Positions 24,380-36,985 of a stretch of 64,000 bases of DNA are shown here, piece by piece (position 1 is the first letter of the stretch; every line of letters starts with the position of its first letter). The stretch is from Podarcis gaigeae (lineage: Eukaryota). The stretch is taken from NCBI GenBank assembly GCA_964106915.2, contig OZ066915.1. One strand, written 5' to 3'. Made by a program: the position numbers and the translations under genes. Below the pieces are notes generated by a model that was not told the origin of the DNA, made no database searches, and saw only the letters and a program-made list of their open reading frames with translations.

Positions 24380-25339
24380 GATTAGTGCTTTTTTTCTTTT
24401 GGGAAAAAAGGTAATTCTTGAAAAATTAAGGTTAAAATGATGCTAGCAGTAATCTTGATGCTAAGTTTTAGGTGGTTCTTTTGGAAAGAAAGTGCATCTT
24501 AACAAATCCTTTAGTCTTGCCTGCAAATGAGGGGTGGGTGGGTAACACTGGCCTAATGAGAGAGCTGCTAACTTTCTTCCATAGTGGGCACACCAACAAA
24601 CTGACCTGCTTGCCACTTTCCTACCATACTATGGCAAAACTAGCACCTTAATTTGGACTAAACTGACACCTCTGCTTTTCTCAAGATATCCAGTATATCA
24701 TCTCGCAGACGCATGCTAGGATGGTAAAAAGATAAGAAATGTATTGCCAAAAATGGCTGAAATGATTCCTGTCCATCTTTTCATAGTTATTCATTAGGTA
24801 AATGCAGACAAAATCAAAGCGGTCCATGAAGGGTCCTAACGGAAAAGTGTGAGAGGTACCCACACATGAAGGTGGAACCAACATTACTATACTTGCACAC
24901 CAACCTACTGGTGAAAGATTCAAATAATGTACAAGGATTCTTTATTTTAGAAAGTTAAGATTAATAGTACAACTGCTTTTAAAGCTGGTGTTCTCTCCCT
25001 CACCTCACACACATTCTCCTACCAAAAAAGTAGACAGGAGGATTTATTGTTAGCTTTCGACTTGTGGTCCTAGTGCTAGCTGAGGCAGATAGGAGTTACG
25101 AATGCAACATCAGCTGGTGGGCCACAGGTTAACTATGTTTGCTAAAAAGCAAGCAGCAATACAGATCTCATGATGCAGGAGACATACTTTAGGTAAAGAA
25201 ATAAGAAGATTAAGTCGTCGGATGGGCAGTGATCCTGATTTCATAACTCTCAGAGCAGTTGCAAGAATCATCCCTTAAATATTTAGTATCAAATTCATGG
25301 AATTGACACAAAAACAGTTACCAATGTTTTGCTACCGAT

Positions 25340-25805
25340 TTCTGGGCACTGCAGTTTTAAGACTGAGATTGAACAAACTGGAACATGTCCAGTGGAGGGG
25401 GCAACTAAGGAGCTGAGAGCTCAGGTGACCAAGTCCTTATACAAAAAAGGTTGGTGGCATTGGATAGGGTTAGAGAAGAGAAAAATAAAGGACTACAATA
25501 GCCATCTTTAAATATTTGCAGGGCTGTCACATAAGATGATGGAGCACGTTTGTTTTCTGTAGTTGAAGATGGGACCGAAACCACATGCCCTGAATTTCAA
25601 GGAAGTGGCTTTGGACTAAACATTAGAGAACCGCCTGATTGTATAAGCTATCTGACAGTGGAACAGACACTGTCTTAGAAGGTGGTGGATTCTCCTGCAT
25701 TATAAGTTTATGGGCAGAGGCTGGATGGTCACCTATCAGGGATGCTGTAGTAGCAGGAAGTTGGCCCACACAGCCTTTGAGATCCCTTCGAGCTCTATGA
25801 TGCTA
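25340..25805 (+). mobile_element. CR1 LINE 3' fragment, old
   Basis: aactggaacatgtccag...aaatatttgcagggctgtcac...gaaggtggtggattctcc...cccttcgagctctatgatgcta resembles the CR1 3' end. Confidence 0.7.
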
Positions 25806-25848
25806 TGAAATCACATTTGAGTTTATGCAGAATGTGTTTACATTAGTA

Positions 25849-26211
25849 AAGGTAAAGGTAAAGGTACCCCTGCCCGTACGGGCCAGTCTTGACAGACTCT
25901 GGGGTTGTGCGCCCATCTCACTTAAGAGGCCAGGGGCCAGCGCTGTCCGGAGACACTTCCGGGTCACGTGGCCAGCGTGACATCGCTGCTCTGGCGCGCC
26001 AGAGCCGCACACGGAAACGCCGTTTACCTTCCCGTTGGTAAGCGGTCCCTATTTATCTACTTGCACCCGGAGATGCTTTCGAACTGCTAGGTTGGCAGTC
26101 GCTGGGACCGAGCAGCGGGAGCGCACCCTGCCGCAGGGATTCGAACCGCCGACCTTTCGATCGGCAAGTCCTAGGCGCTGAGGCTTTAACCCACAGCGCC
26201 ACCTGCGTCCC
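25849..26211 (-). mobile_element. Full-length Sauria SINE, young
   Basis: Minus strand starts GGGACGCAGGTGGCGCTGTGG (A box) ... GGTTCGAATCCC (B box) and ends in an (ACCTTT)n tail; 13-bp TSD GTTTACATTAGTA (25836-25848 / 26213-26225); CpGs intact. Confidence 0.95.
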
Positions 26212-26271
26212 AGTTTACATTAGTACATTACCATATTTATTGTTTTTATCCTACAATTAGCTTTGATTGTA

Positions 26272-26523
26272 CAGTGGTACCTTGGTTTATGAACTTAATC
26301 CATTCCGGAAGTCCATTCTTAAACCAAAGCGTTCTTAAACCAATGTGTGCTTTCTCATAGCAGCAGGGGACTCAATTTACAAATGGAACACACACAACAG
26401 GAAGCGAAACATGTTCTGCTTCCAAGGCAAAGTTCACAAACCAAAACACCTACTTCCAGGTTTGCAGCGTTCTTAATCCAAGTTGTTCATAAACTAAGCT
26501 GCTCTTAAACCAAGGTACCACTG
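26272..26523. mobile_element. Tigger/pogo-like MITE (CAGTGGTACC TIR family)
   Basis: TA|CAGTGGTACCTTGGTTTA...TAAACCAAGGTACCACTG. Confidence 0.85.
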
Positions 26524-28448
26524 CAATAGAGACATTAAGCCAAGATTTTATAGATAAAGCTGTATGCTGTAGCACATACACTAGCTCTTAGAAGGTTTGT
26601 TATAACTGAAGCCAGTGTATGGTCCTTGTGACAAGAGCCACAAATGGACCTCAGCATTTTAAGAAACCAGTCTGAATGCCTGGATTTTTCAGCAAAGGCA
26701 ATGGCTTGGTCTCCCACCCTGCCTTATATTAAAACTGCTGGAGATTCTGCCCTTATGGTGATGGGGCCCGGGGTCTGGAGGCCTCTGCAACATATACTGG
26801 ATATACATTGCTTTGAAGCCAGGCTGGTGCACAAGATAGCACAGAATCCCAGGGGACACGGAGCATAAAAGGTTATGCAGAGGCCAGACGTATAGCGGTA
26901 TGAGCAGTCTCCACTCATACATTCTGCCTCTACAAAGAAAAAAAGGGTGATCAGATTGCAGAGCATACATGGGGGGTGGGTGGGTTGGGGTTTGCAGTCT
27001 TATCACACCAGGCAACAGCGGAACTAATCTTCAGTAGACTGAAGAATGGAGATTGTGATGAAACATATTGAAAGGTGGGGAAGAAGAGACACTCTTTCTT
27101 ACCCATATCTCTTATATAAAAACCCTTGAAAAACCACAGTCAAACTCGCATTTTTTTGTTTAAAACACCCCAGTCAGTTAAGACTGCATCAGTTCTTATT
27201 TGAAAGCAATGAATGATGACTAGCTAGTTCAATTTACATGGAAAAAAGTAAACATGATGCACAGCTCAGCACAGTGCTGAGTGGCATGTTTACTGGAGCA
27301 AAGGAACTGGCTTATACATTTTTTCTGGAATGTCTAGTTCTTTCACCCCAGATAACAAATTCATATGTTTGTGTCTGACCTGTATAACCACAGCAGTCAT
27401 GTGGTTTGAATGCTCCTCTATACCTTGATTGCACTGTCTGCCTCCTGACTCGTATTCCTGGAAGAGAACAGAAACTAGATGATCAGAAAATGTGTAAAGA
27501 AAGAAAGAAAACCAACCCTTCCAGATATTAGTTTTACATGGTCATGAATCACTACTGCTAGGGTCAGTGAGTACCACCACAGAATTTTAGTCAGCTGATA
27601 TTTAATAATGCTGTTTACATTTGATGACCTTTCCAAATAACATTTTACTTTCTGACCCAATGTGGGGCCAGGGAGGCTGAGCGAGGACACAACATGGAAT
27701 GCTGAGAGTTGGACATTAGGATTTACATGTGCACAGGACTTGCTGTGTCCTGACATTCCTCTCATCAACTGGGCAACTTAAGATTCCAGTTGCCATGGTT
27801 GAAGAGCTGAGGTGTGTGCCTGGGTTTTCAGAAAGGAGACCTAGGAGAAGGTCAGACTAAGTCATTGTCACCATTCTTAAATGTACATACACACAGATGT
27901 TGTGAACAATTTTCTTGTTTTCTTTGGTAAAGCCCACTGCTGAGGGTTGCTGGTAGAACACACTTCTAGCTACATGAGTGAACAGGTGGATGTGACATTA
28001 GTGTGCAAAGTAACACCGAGACTCACAGAATGCAGTGAGTACAGTCACTGCCTGAGTCACTACACATGATTTTGAGGGCTTCCTCAAAAATAATCAAGTA
28101 ACGTAACACTGAAACACATACCTCAATAGGACAAGCAAGAATCGGACACCAGATATGCTTAAAAGGTCTCAAAGGGAAGGATTCCAGGGAAGCTTTGCCA
28201 GTGGGAGACACAGGTAGAGAGTGACTCACAAGCTATAGGACTGGTCCCCTTTACCTAGATGACATATAGTAGATGGACTGGCAAAGAAGCTTCCTCCTTT
28301 CCCAGCCTCTTCAGGAATGCCTACATCCCTCTTAGTTGCGAATGAGAATTCGAGTTATATACAAATCTCGCCAGATGGACAGAGACACAGCGAGCACAAC
28401 CAAACCTATTCACAGCGGCAGAACGTAATGGCAAGCCACTTTCTCTCC

Positions 28449-28454
28449 TTTATT
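28449..28454 (-). terminator. Probable UBE2O polyadenylation signal (implies a 3' UTR of about 2.6 kb, ~28430-31017)
   Basis: AATAAA on the minus strand, followed downstream by GT-rich tttggttgtgctcgctgtgtctctgt and preceded by an AT-rich UTR-like segment. Confidence 0.55.
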
Positions 28455-30515
28455 ACTACATCTTAGTTAGCCAAACAAAGTTTGCAAGTAAAAAAAGATT
28501 AATCACACAATACTTTATACATATATTGTAAGCAACCAAGCATTCACAGCTGCAAAAGTAACACACCTCTAAGCATTGCCCCAATATGACAGCTCCATCA
28601 GTTTTAAATACTGTACAGAAAGGCTAGAAATTCTTTTTTCTTTTTTTTGTAATATTTCTTTCCCCTCCCTCCCCAGCACTTAAACAGATAAGATTTTAAA
28701 TTTATACATCACAATCATGTAGCCCATCTCAAGACTAACAATGTGCCTCATGCTTTGGCTTCTTGGGGTGTTTTAAGCATTTGCCTCTTGGAAATTTCTC
28801 TTCACTCTTTTATTACGTACATACACCAAAAAGAGGTTATAGCTGCACGGTGTGTGCTCACCAGCAACTGCATAACCTAGAGCTTCACATTATTCAAAAG
28901 CTTATAGAAAAAGAAAGTGTAAACTTCTGTGCATGCCTCTGGTGGGGCCCGACAGCAAGGATAAGGGACAATGCTTGATGGATGCAAAAGATGGCAGCAG
29001 ATCCCGAGGAGGAAAGAGTAAGCAAGATCTTCCCAAGATACAGCTCTCAGTTGCACTCTGGAAAATGGGAGTCCCCTTGAAGCTCAGCTCTCTGCAGTCC
29101 ATAGCACCATTTGCCTCCTCTTCTGTGGCTCCTCCCACCTTGCTCCCCTACTCAAAATGGAAGAGTAGCCACTTCTCAAAACAGGGTGGGCAGCTAGGTG
29201 ATTGGGGGATTGGGAAAGCTTGCTTGTTTTCTTTAGAATGTCATCATAATAAAATACGTGGCCCGTTCCTCTGTCTCTTGGGGAGAAGAGGCGCCGCGAC
29301 CACATCTGCATGAGGAATGTGATGACACATAGAAACACAGACAGATCCCCCCCTCTCACTGTCTGCCCTTTCACACAATTAACAGAGTGTCTGGCAATGC
29401 AAGCAAAAAGGAGAAATCCTTTCTTGTCCCTGTCCTCAAAGGGTACTAATGTCAACTTAATTTCTTTTGCTGCTCTTTTACCAGCATGGCCACAAAAGAT
29501 CACATCCTGCAGCCTCCCACCTGGAGAACCGCTACCTCTCAAATCTTAATCTGCAACACTAGAACAACTAACTAATATCCGAGTAAACACAAGATTCGTG
29601 TCACCCTGTTCAGAACTAGATTATTCAAGTGGGAGGGTGAAAGAGGTCATGATCAGAGGAAGGGAAATACAAGGGTGACTGTGATGCCGTGCAAAGATGT
29701 GGGTACGCTGAACAAGGAACAGAATGTAACCTCATCTAGGATGCAAAAATATGAATGTATCACCACTCATGATCTGTACCACAGCCAGCAGGGAGGTGGC
29801 AGTGGTGGTTGCACACAGCCTAGGATCAGGGGATAGGAAATAACAGTGACTCACAATAAAGGCTGCAATTGTAACTTAAGAATACTGGACTAGGGAAACC
29901 CATTGTCTATATTAGCGTGGAGGCTTGTTGCTATAAGGTTGGTGTAAGTCCATGGAGATACAATGTCGGGCAGAGCTGCCACTTTGCAAACACCTAAGTG
30001 AAAGGCGAAATCGGAAAATGTGGGCTGCACCATGCAATTGTTCCAGCGCCATCCTGAGGTACCTCGGTGTACAGAGTTGAGTTGGTAGCAGAGTGTTCAT
30101 GTATCCAGGAGAGTAGCAGGCTACGCTATATGCACTATTCCCCTCTCAAGGCAAAGTGGAAAGAGATATGCTGTTCAGAAGAAATTGTACATTTTAAATA
30201 AGACAGCAGGTAATCCTTAGAAAGCCAGAGAGGAGGTGCTGAATGTGGACCACATCAAGGACAGCTCACCTAGCACTTAGCTTCTGTCTCAAAGTGGCCC
30301 ATACAGTCAAGCAAAAACAAACGCCTTATATTCACCACTTTGTGGCTTTCTTGCAGCAAAAGTCCAAGCCTACACCAATTTCCAGGGAATTTATCTCCTC
30401 AGCTCACAGTAGCGAACCAAATCAAGAAAGCGCTCAGGACTGGCACAGAGCTGAAAATGTGGGCTATTCTAACTGACCGGCTTTAGTGACATCATGTCTG
30501 AAGAGAGAGGAGAGG

Positions 30516-30583
30516 AGCACTGCATCTTCCTCACAAGATATAAAACCACAGCACTGCATCTTTCTCACAAGATATAAAAACAA
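30516..30583. repeat. 34-bp tandem duplication in the UBE2O 3' UTR
   Basis: agcactgcatctt(c/t)ctcacaagatataaaa(c/a)ca x2. Confidence 0.85.
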
Positions 30584-31017
30584 GGCTTAAATCAAAAGCC
30601 TTCTCGACCATCAAGATCACCCATAGCACCCAAGAGGATCACCCAGGGAAGAGGGAGTGCCTTTGCACCAATAGGAGTTGAGAAGATCCAACGCCAGCTT
30701 TGCACAAGGTCCGGCATGGAAAGGTCACAGCTCCTATTCTCTCAGGATCAACCTGGAAACAGGAGCATGGTGTGGGTGGGTGCATGTGTGTGTCGCTGTG
30801 CAGAGTTGCTCAGCCATCCTGGGCACCTGGAATGTGGGAGGGGGGAAAGAGAGAGAGCCTAAAATGAGTTATGGAAGCTTCTGCTTTCTCTATAACAAAC
30901 CAAGCCGAGGAGGAATGAGTGCACTGAGAGTCTATTTATTGTTAACAAGTGTTGCTAGCTGCTTCCTCCTGGCTTCCCCTCCTTTTCTGTGCGTCTGTCT
31001 GCCCCTAACCTGATGTT

Positions 31018-31775
31018 TCATTTGTCTTCTGTCCACTCTGGGATGTTGGCCTCTACTAAGGCAGCCCGGTACTGCTGCAAGACTCCGCGGATGCTCTTTA
31101 TAAACCCCTTGGACAGTGGGAAGAGGGGGAAGCCGATGTCGGGGTAGCCGCTCCTCTCCGGAAGAAAGCTCCTGTAGCTCTTTCTCCTTTTCTTTGGTTT
31201 CACACTAGGCTGAGCAGCAGAGTCTTGGGCAGCTTTACCCTCCTCCGTTGGGTCTCTGGCAAAGTGCGTTGCCCTGGCTTGGCCCATGCTCTCCGAGTCC
31301 GAATATTGATGGGCGTCGCTGGCAGCAAGCGTCGACATCGCGCAACCAGAGTCTTCCAGCTCCTCCTTGCCGTCAGGCAACTGGCTAACTGCGGCGGTGG
31401 CAGCAGCAGCCCCTAACTCTAGCTCTCCCAGAGGCCCCATGCCATCTAGAGGGCTCTCTGCCAAAACACCGCAGGCTGAATGCACAAAGGAAGGCTCTCC
31501 CAGGCTGATGTGGTCATGACTCCTTTCCACCAGCTCATTGGTCTCCACCCAGGACTCGATGCGGTGGACCAGGCGCCAACCATTGCAGCAGAAGTGCTCG
31601 AAGATCTCCTGCTCAAAGACTTCCACCGGCTTGCGCAGCAGCTGCATCATCGACTGAACGACCCGGATCAGAGCCATCTCGTTGTAGCAGCGGCTGTTTT
31701 CGTAGCCCTCTTGCAAACCACGGTCACTGTCGAAGCCAGCCTCGTTGTAATAAGGCTCGTTGACTAGGATAAGCC
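31018..31775 (-). CDS. UBE2O: UBE2O (E2/E3 hybrid ubiquitin-conjugating enzyme) exon 18, terminal
   Basis: Acceptor tctcacatcag|GG; (G)[42 protein letters not shown]...[38 protein letters not shown]...WTEDK*. Confidence 0.97.
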
Positions 31776-31956
31776 CTGATGTGAGAAAACGGAAGGGGAG
31801 GAAGAACAGGGAGCAGGGAGAATAAAGAATTTAGAAGGTTGCAGTGATGTGGGAAATGCACACGGCTGCCTTAGAGCAAACTATGGGACACGGCTGGAAA
31901 AGGGAAAAAAGGCAAGGAATTAAATGTACCAGGAAGATGAAAGCACTATTTAGAAT

Positions 31957-32378
31957 TTAAGGGAGGGGTGGAAATAACCTCAGTTTTGAAAAAAACAAAC
32001 TAAAATCCTATTTATTCAGGCTCTGAAGCCCAACAATTACTCCAAATTTAAGGTGGTTTTAACACCCATTTCAGAATTCTAACCCAGAATTACTAGGCTC
32101 GTTATGTAATGAAGCTGAAACCTCCACCATGCAAAGTTTTGATGAAAATTAAAGCACAATTCCACGGGATGCCAGCACTTTTAGAAAGTTTTCTTTTAAG
32201 AAAAAACACCTCTATGGGTTTTGGATGCCTTAATTACTGCCAGTAGACAAACTGTTCTAACAGAAAGTCTTCCTAGCTTCTTGAGAAAATGGTTATAGTC
32301 CAGGCACACCAATTATGTTAAATTATCATAGGGGACAAATCACCCAACAATTTCTCATGAGAAGAATGCACTTCTTAA
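31957..32378. mobile_element. Possible TTAA-flanked (Kolobok-like) non-autonomous element
   Basis: Begins ttaa|gggagg and ends cacttc|ttaa, with AT-rich interior motifs typical of DNA-transposon derivatives; TIRs poorly matched. Confidence 0.3.
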
Positions 32379-32887
32379 TGTCTTCTACCTGCATGAGGCC
32401 CATTGTCCCCTGAAGTGTACATCCTACACACAAAGCTATTCATGTAGGCGCTCCAACCTGCCCCTGGACATGCCAGGTTGGGTGCTGAATCATATGCAAC
32501 TGTGGCCCTTCCCTTGGAGCAAGTAGACTGCGGAATGCCCACCTACAGAGAGCAACAGTGATGCAAAATCCACCTATGCAAAAATAAACACTGCGTGGGC
32601 TGGCTTGGTTGCTTATTGGCTTTTAATGGCCAGCCAAGCTCAAGGAGTTACTTGCAGCTCCTTCTGTGAGCTGGCAGCTGTCTAGGTGGAGGTGGTGGTT
32701 TTCCTTTCAGGACATGAAATAGAAAGTAAATGCGTATGGGCATCCACAATTATAGGGTAATGAAATTAGCCTACAAAGTCAGCTAGCTGCGGAAGAAATG
32801 GGTTATTCTACCTATTTTCTCATATTCCCTTGCTGAAGGGTACTCTTGGGCCCCACGTTTCTCCCCTGCTCCAACACTGGAATTTAC

Positions 32888-32945
32888 CTTGGATTGAGAT
32901 GAGTACTTGGAGAAGGCTGGATTTACTGGTCCACCTCTCTGTGCC
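32888..32945 (-). CDS. UBE2O: UBE2O exon 17
   Basis: ttccag|GGC...CAAG|gtaaat; GTERWTSKSSLLQVLISIQ(G); 58 nt. Confidence 0.96.
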
Positions 32946-33350
32946 CTGGAATAGACAAACAAAAAAGTAAGCCAATGTATTTAATGTTATTTATTTTAAA
33001 GCTTTACATGAGAACAATGAGTTTAATATCATGTGGATGGGCTGGGCATTCTATGTAATTATGGGTGTAACATCTGCATTATGTTACAGGCAGGTTCCCA
33101 GACCTGTGCTGATGCTCAGAACTGTGGTGACGCCACACATGGCAGAGCATCACCTTCTAAGTTATGTGGTAAGGGCTGCCCGTAGCATTGCTGGGTCCTG
33201 GTGGCCGGAGGCTACACTGCTCCACTAGCCCAAAGATCACTGCACTGAAGAACAGGGCTGCTACGTGAGCTGCACGTTGCAAGCCAAATGAAGGCCAATG
33301 CAGCTGCAGAACTGGACACAGCCAAGAGACGGCGCTGTTGCGACAACGCA

Positions 33351-33612
33351 CCGTATTTTTTTCGTTCTGTAAGATGCACCAGACCGTAAGACGCACCTAG
33401 TTTTTGGAGGAAGAAAATAAGAAAAAAAATATTCTGAATCCCAGAAGCCAGAACAGCAAGAGGGATCGCTGCGCAGCGAAAGCAGCGTTCCCTCTTGCTG
33501 TTCCTGGCTTCTGGGATAGCTGCGCAGCCTGCATTCGCTCCATAAGATGCACACACATTTCCCCTTACTTTTTAGGAGGGAAAAAGTGAGTCTTATAGAG
33601 CAAAAAATACGG
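33351..33612. mobile_element. pogo/Tigger-like MITE, related to 7417-7834, opposite orientation
   Basis: CCGTATTTTTTTCG...CAAAAAATACGG|TA; shared internal text gives the near-identical spurious ORF starts MCASYGVNAG / MCASYGANAG. Confidence 0.85.
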
Positions 33613-34044
33613 TATATAAGATCTGGTGGAATGATTGTGTTTTGAGCCACAACGGATTTCAGTAGTGAGATTCCACTTATATATCATGTCAGCTTTTAAC
33701 AGTGAGGTCAGCTCTAAAGTGTGTCGTGAAGAAAGGAAGTATTTTCTGACGAAAGCTTCTTGTGTCATTTTGCTATGTGTTGTTCTGCTTCCTTCATAAA
33801 CTTAGGAGCACTTCTCTGAGCTGTGGCTGTGACTGGCTGGGAGAATGGAAGCCCTTCCAGCAGAAAGCTATGGAGCCCATTAACTAAACCAATGGTTTAA
33901 CACTCGCAAGCTACAGTTAAGGGGTGCATATATACTTCTGAGATATGTGCATGGGCAGCAAACTGTAGTTTAGAGTAGTATCTTCAGACTGCTAGCACAG
34001 CACCCTAACCTTGTCTTTTGAGAGGAAAAGATGAAGGAGATTTA

Positions 34045-34095
34045 GAAGAAGAAGAAGAAGAAGAAGAAGAAGAAGAAGAAGAAGAAGAAGAAGAA
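34045..34095. repeat. (GAA)17 microsatellite in UBE2O intron 16
   Basis: Pure GAA run of 51 nt. Confidence 0.97.
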
Positions 34096-34164
34096 GGGCA
34101 ATCTGTGGCAATTTATACAATGGTACTTGGAGGAGCCAATGGAAATAGTTTGAAGTTGTATTAC

Positions 34165-34368
34165 CTTGCCTATCCAGGTCCCCAGAAGGCTTACGCAGAC
34201 TTTTCCATTGTCATACAAGTTGGGGTTCAGCCTCCCACTGCACTGGGAGAGGTAACGGAAAAGAGGGGGGACAGCCGGGTAGATGTTGGGAAGCTGGATG
34301 TCAAATAAAAAGAGGCCATCCTCATATGGTGTGCGCGTAGGTCCTTTGACGAGTGCCGAAAAGAGATC
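34165..34368 (-). CDS. UBE2O: UBE2O exon 16, UBC domain with catalytic Cys (codon 34195-34197)
   Basis: cacag|GAT...AAG|gtaata; [35 protein letters not shown]...[23 protein letters not shown]; 204 nt. Confidence 0.98.
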
Positions 34369-35166
34369 CTGTGAAGAGATCACAAGCCAAAGCATAATTC
34401 CATGAATAAAAATCAACTTCAACTTCCGGGGAGCCTCTGAAGTGTTAACTAGGAAAATAGCTACATTACATTATATGGGCTGCATGCCAGATAACAGCAC
34501 TGTGTTGGTAAAGCTATCGAACTTCACCCCCTGCTCCCCCACTTGTTCCATTTATGAAAATATCAGAGCAAAAGTACTTAACCCAGCTCCTAGAATTTAG
34601 TTCCTTTCGAGTCAGCAAAACAGTTATTTTACTTGCTGGTGTAACAGAATGCAACATTGAAAGCATTTATTTGCTATTGCCGTGGCCAAAGAGAATGTCA
34701 GATTTCTTTTGGTGTGATAGATAACCCATCTCGTTACTTACGGTGGCTATTTCAATCAATTTTGTGGGTGCTTAAGGAAGTTTTCTGGAATATATTGTCA
34801 TTTTTCTGCTCTTTATCCTTTTTTATAGCATTGTTATGCTTGAATGAATGCAAAGTTTCTACGCTGTACTCTATGCAAAAGTGCAAGATGAACACACAGG
34901 ACACAATAATGGGATTATTCACAACTGCTGTATAGGCCGAGCAAGTCAGAAGCAGAGATGCTAGTGACTGATGGCTGCAGGAGGAAAATGAAACCCTTTT
35001 CTATCTGCCTGAAGGCTGGCCAAGGTCCTCACAAATGAACGATATGGTCCCTTCAGCTAGGACGCATCTTAGACGATGGAGTTGTTTTTTGGATCCTGGC
35101 TTGTGTTTCAATGGTGACAGCTCTAACAAGGATGAGGAGTACCAAAACACTCTTGGTGGAGTGTCA

Positions 35167-35397
<231 letters not shown>

Positions 35398-35769
35398 TTA
35401 TCTTTAAGGAGATTATGTTGCTTTTGCCTAATACTGGTCAGAAATTGCTTAAAATATTATGCTAGTTGGTGAAGGAGAAAGATATGGCTCTTATATCCTA
35501 CCCTTCTATTCGTGGTCAAAAAAGCTCGCAGGTGTTTCCATCACATCTTTCCTCCCAGGCCAAATAAAAATAAAAAGCTCAGCCATGAAAACACCTCTCA
35601 GAGATACAATGTAAAAGGTCAGGACTACCTGACTTTTACTAAACTAAATTTTACTCGATATGTAATTATTCATGAAAAACAGCAATGATAAAATACAATG
35701 CATATTTGGAAAATGCAGGTAAATGCAGTGTAACAGTCTACAAATTGTAACAGTCTGCAAACACCTACA

Positions 35770-36050
35770 GCGCCGAGGACCTTCTGGCGGTTCACTCACT
35801 GCAAGAAGTGAGGTTACAGGGAACCAGGCAGAGGGCCTTCTCGGTAGTGGCACCCGCCCTGTGGAATGCCCTCCCATCAGATGTCAAGGAAATAAACAAC
35901 TATCTGACTTTTAGAAGACACCTGAAGGCAACCATGTTTAGGTCTGATGTTTTATTGTGTTTTTAATATTCTGTTGGGAGCCGCCCAGAGTGGCTGGGGA
36001 AACCCAGCCAGATGGGCGGGGTATAAATAAATTGTTGTTGTTGTTGTTGT
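35770..36050 (+). mobile_element. L2-type LINE 3' end with (TTG)n tail
   Basis: agggccttctcggtagtggcacccgccctgtggaatgccctccc...gagccgcccagagtggctggggaaacccagccagatgggcggggtataaataaa; homologous to 54185-54475 and 54880-55420. Confidence 0.75.
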
Positions 36051-36318
36051 AGCTGCCAAACAATGGGATAAAATGGCTTCTAAGTACAGTAACAAAATGC
36101 AATGTGTTTTGAAAGTGTTGTTGTTTATTTGCAGCAGGCCATTATGTTTTGCAACAGGCAATTATGTGTAAGAGACTGAATGCAAGTTGAGGCACATGCT
36201 GAAGTATAGACACAAATTCTGCCACCTTTAAATACAGGCTTCTATAGAATGAAAGAGGGATGCTGCCGCTTTATTGTCCAGCACTGCCTTCCCTGAAAGG
36301 CGGTTACGTGCCACTCAC

Positions 36319-36985
36319 CTGGGGCACACTCCAGTACAGAGAAGACTTCCCCCTTGGCACTGGTGAATGTAACGCCAGGCTTGCCTCCATTCTGCTGGCA
36401 AAGCACAGGAGTCTCACTAGGCCACTCTGACGTCACTGGGGTCTGCGTCTGCGCCTCTCTCTCTTCCTTCTTTTCTGCCTCTGCCATGGCCTCCATCTTT
36501 TCTTCTTCCACAATCGCTACGTTGTCCAGGGTCTTCTTCAGATTCTCCTGCAGCTTCTTGATATCGTCCAGGAACTTCTTCTCGCGGGTGGGCTTCTCGG
36601 GTTCAACCGTCGGAGAAGTCGGGTAGCCCGTCAACAGCTGCTCAACGGTCATGTTCTTCAGGCTCTCCAAGATCTTGATGGCCTCCTTCAACTCTCGGAA
36701 GCTCTTTGGGGTCCCTTCCTTGCCTGATTTATCAGCTGCCAAGTCGGCCACTGCCATTGCCACAGCACCTTGAACTTGCTCCTCCACCTTTTTCACCTCT
36801 TCCACAGGTGGCTCCTCGGGCTCAGCTTCTTCTGCTTTGGAGTGGTCATCTTCCATGAGGCCGTTGTCCGTCTCCCAGCTGTCACTCTCATCTTCCCACT
36901 CATCTGAGGAGGCACCACTTGTGCTGCCGTCTATGGAATCAAGGTCTGTTTCTTCATCCATCTCGGATTCTATGTTATACAAATG
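36319..36985 (-). CDS. UBE2O: UBE2O exon 14 (acidic region and coiled coil)
   Basis: ttctag|CAT...CCAG|gtgagt; HLYNIESEMDEE...FRELKEAIKILESLKNMTVEQLL...REKKFLDDIKKLQENLKKTLDN...GEVFSVLECAP; 667 nt. Confidence 0.97.

Noticed and set aside
26130-26211. tRNA-like A/B boxes (also at ~6050-6100)
   Set aside because: Heads of SINEs continuous with SINE bodies and tails; no complete cloverleaf
27265-27285. CAGTGC-containing hairpin resembling an iron-responsive element
   Set aside because: With CAGUGC as the loop, the required 5-bp upper stem and bulged C do not form
34018-34308. ORFs with poly-Glu / poly-Phe
   Set aside because: Translations of the (GAA)17 microsatellite and the antisense of UBE2O exon 16
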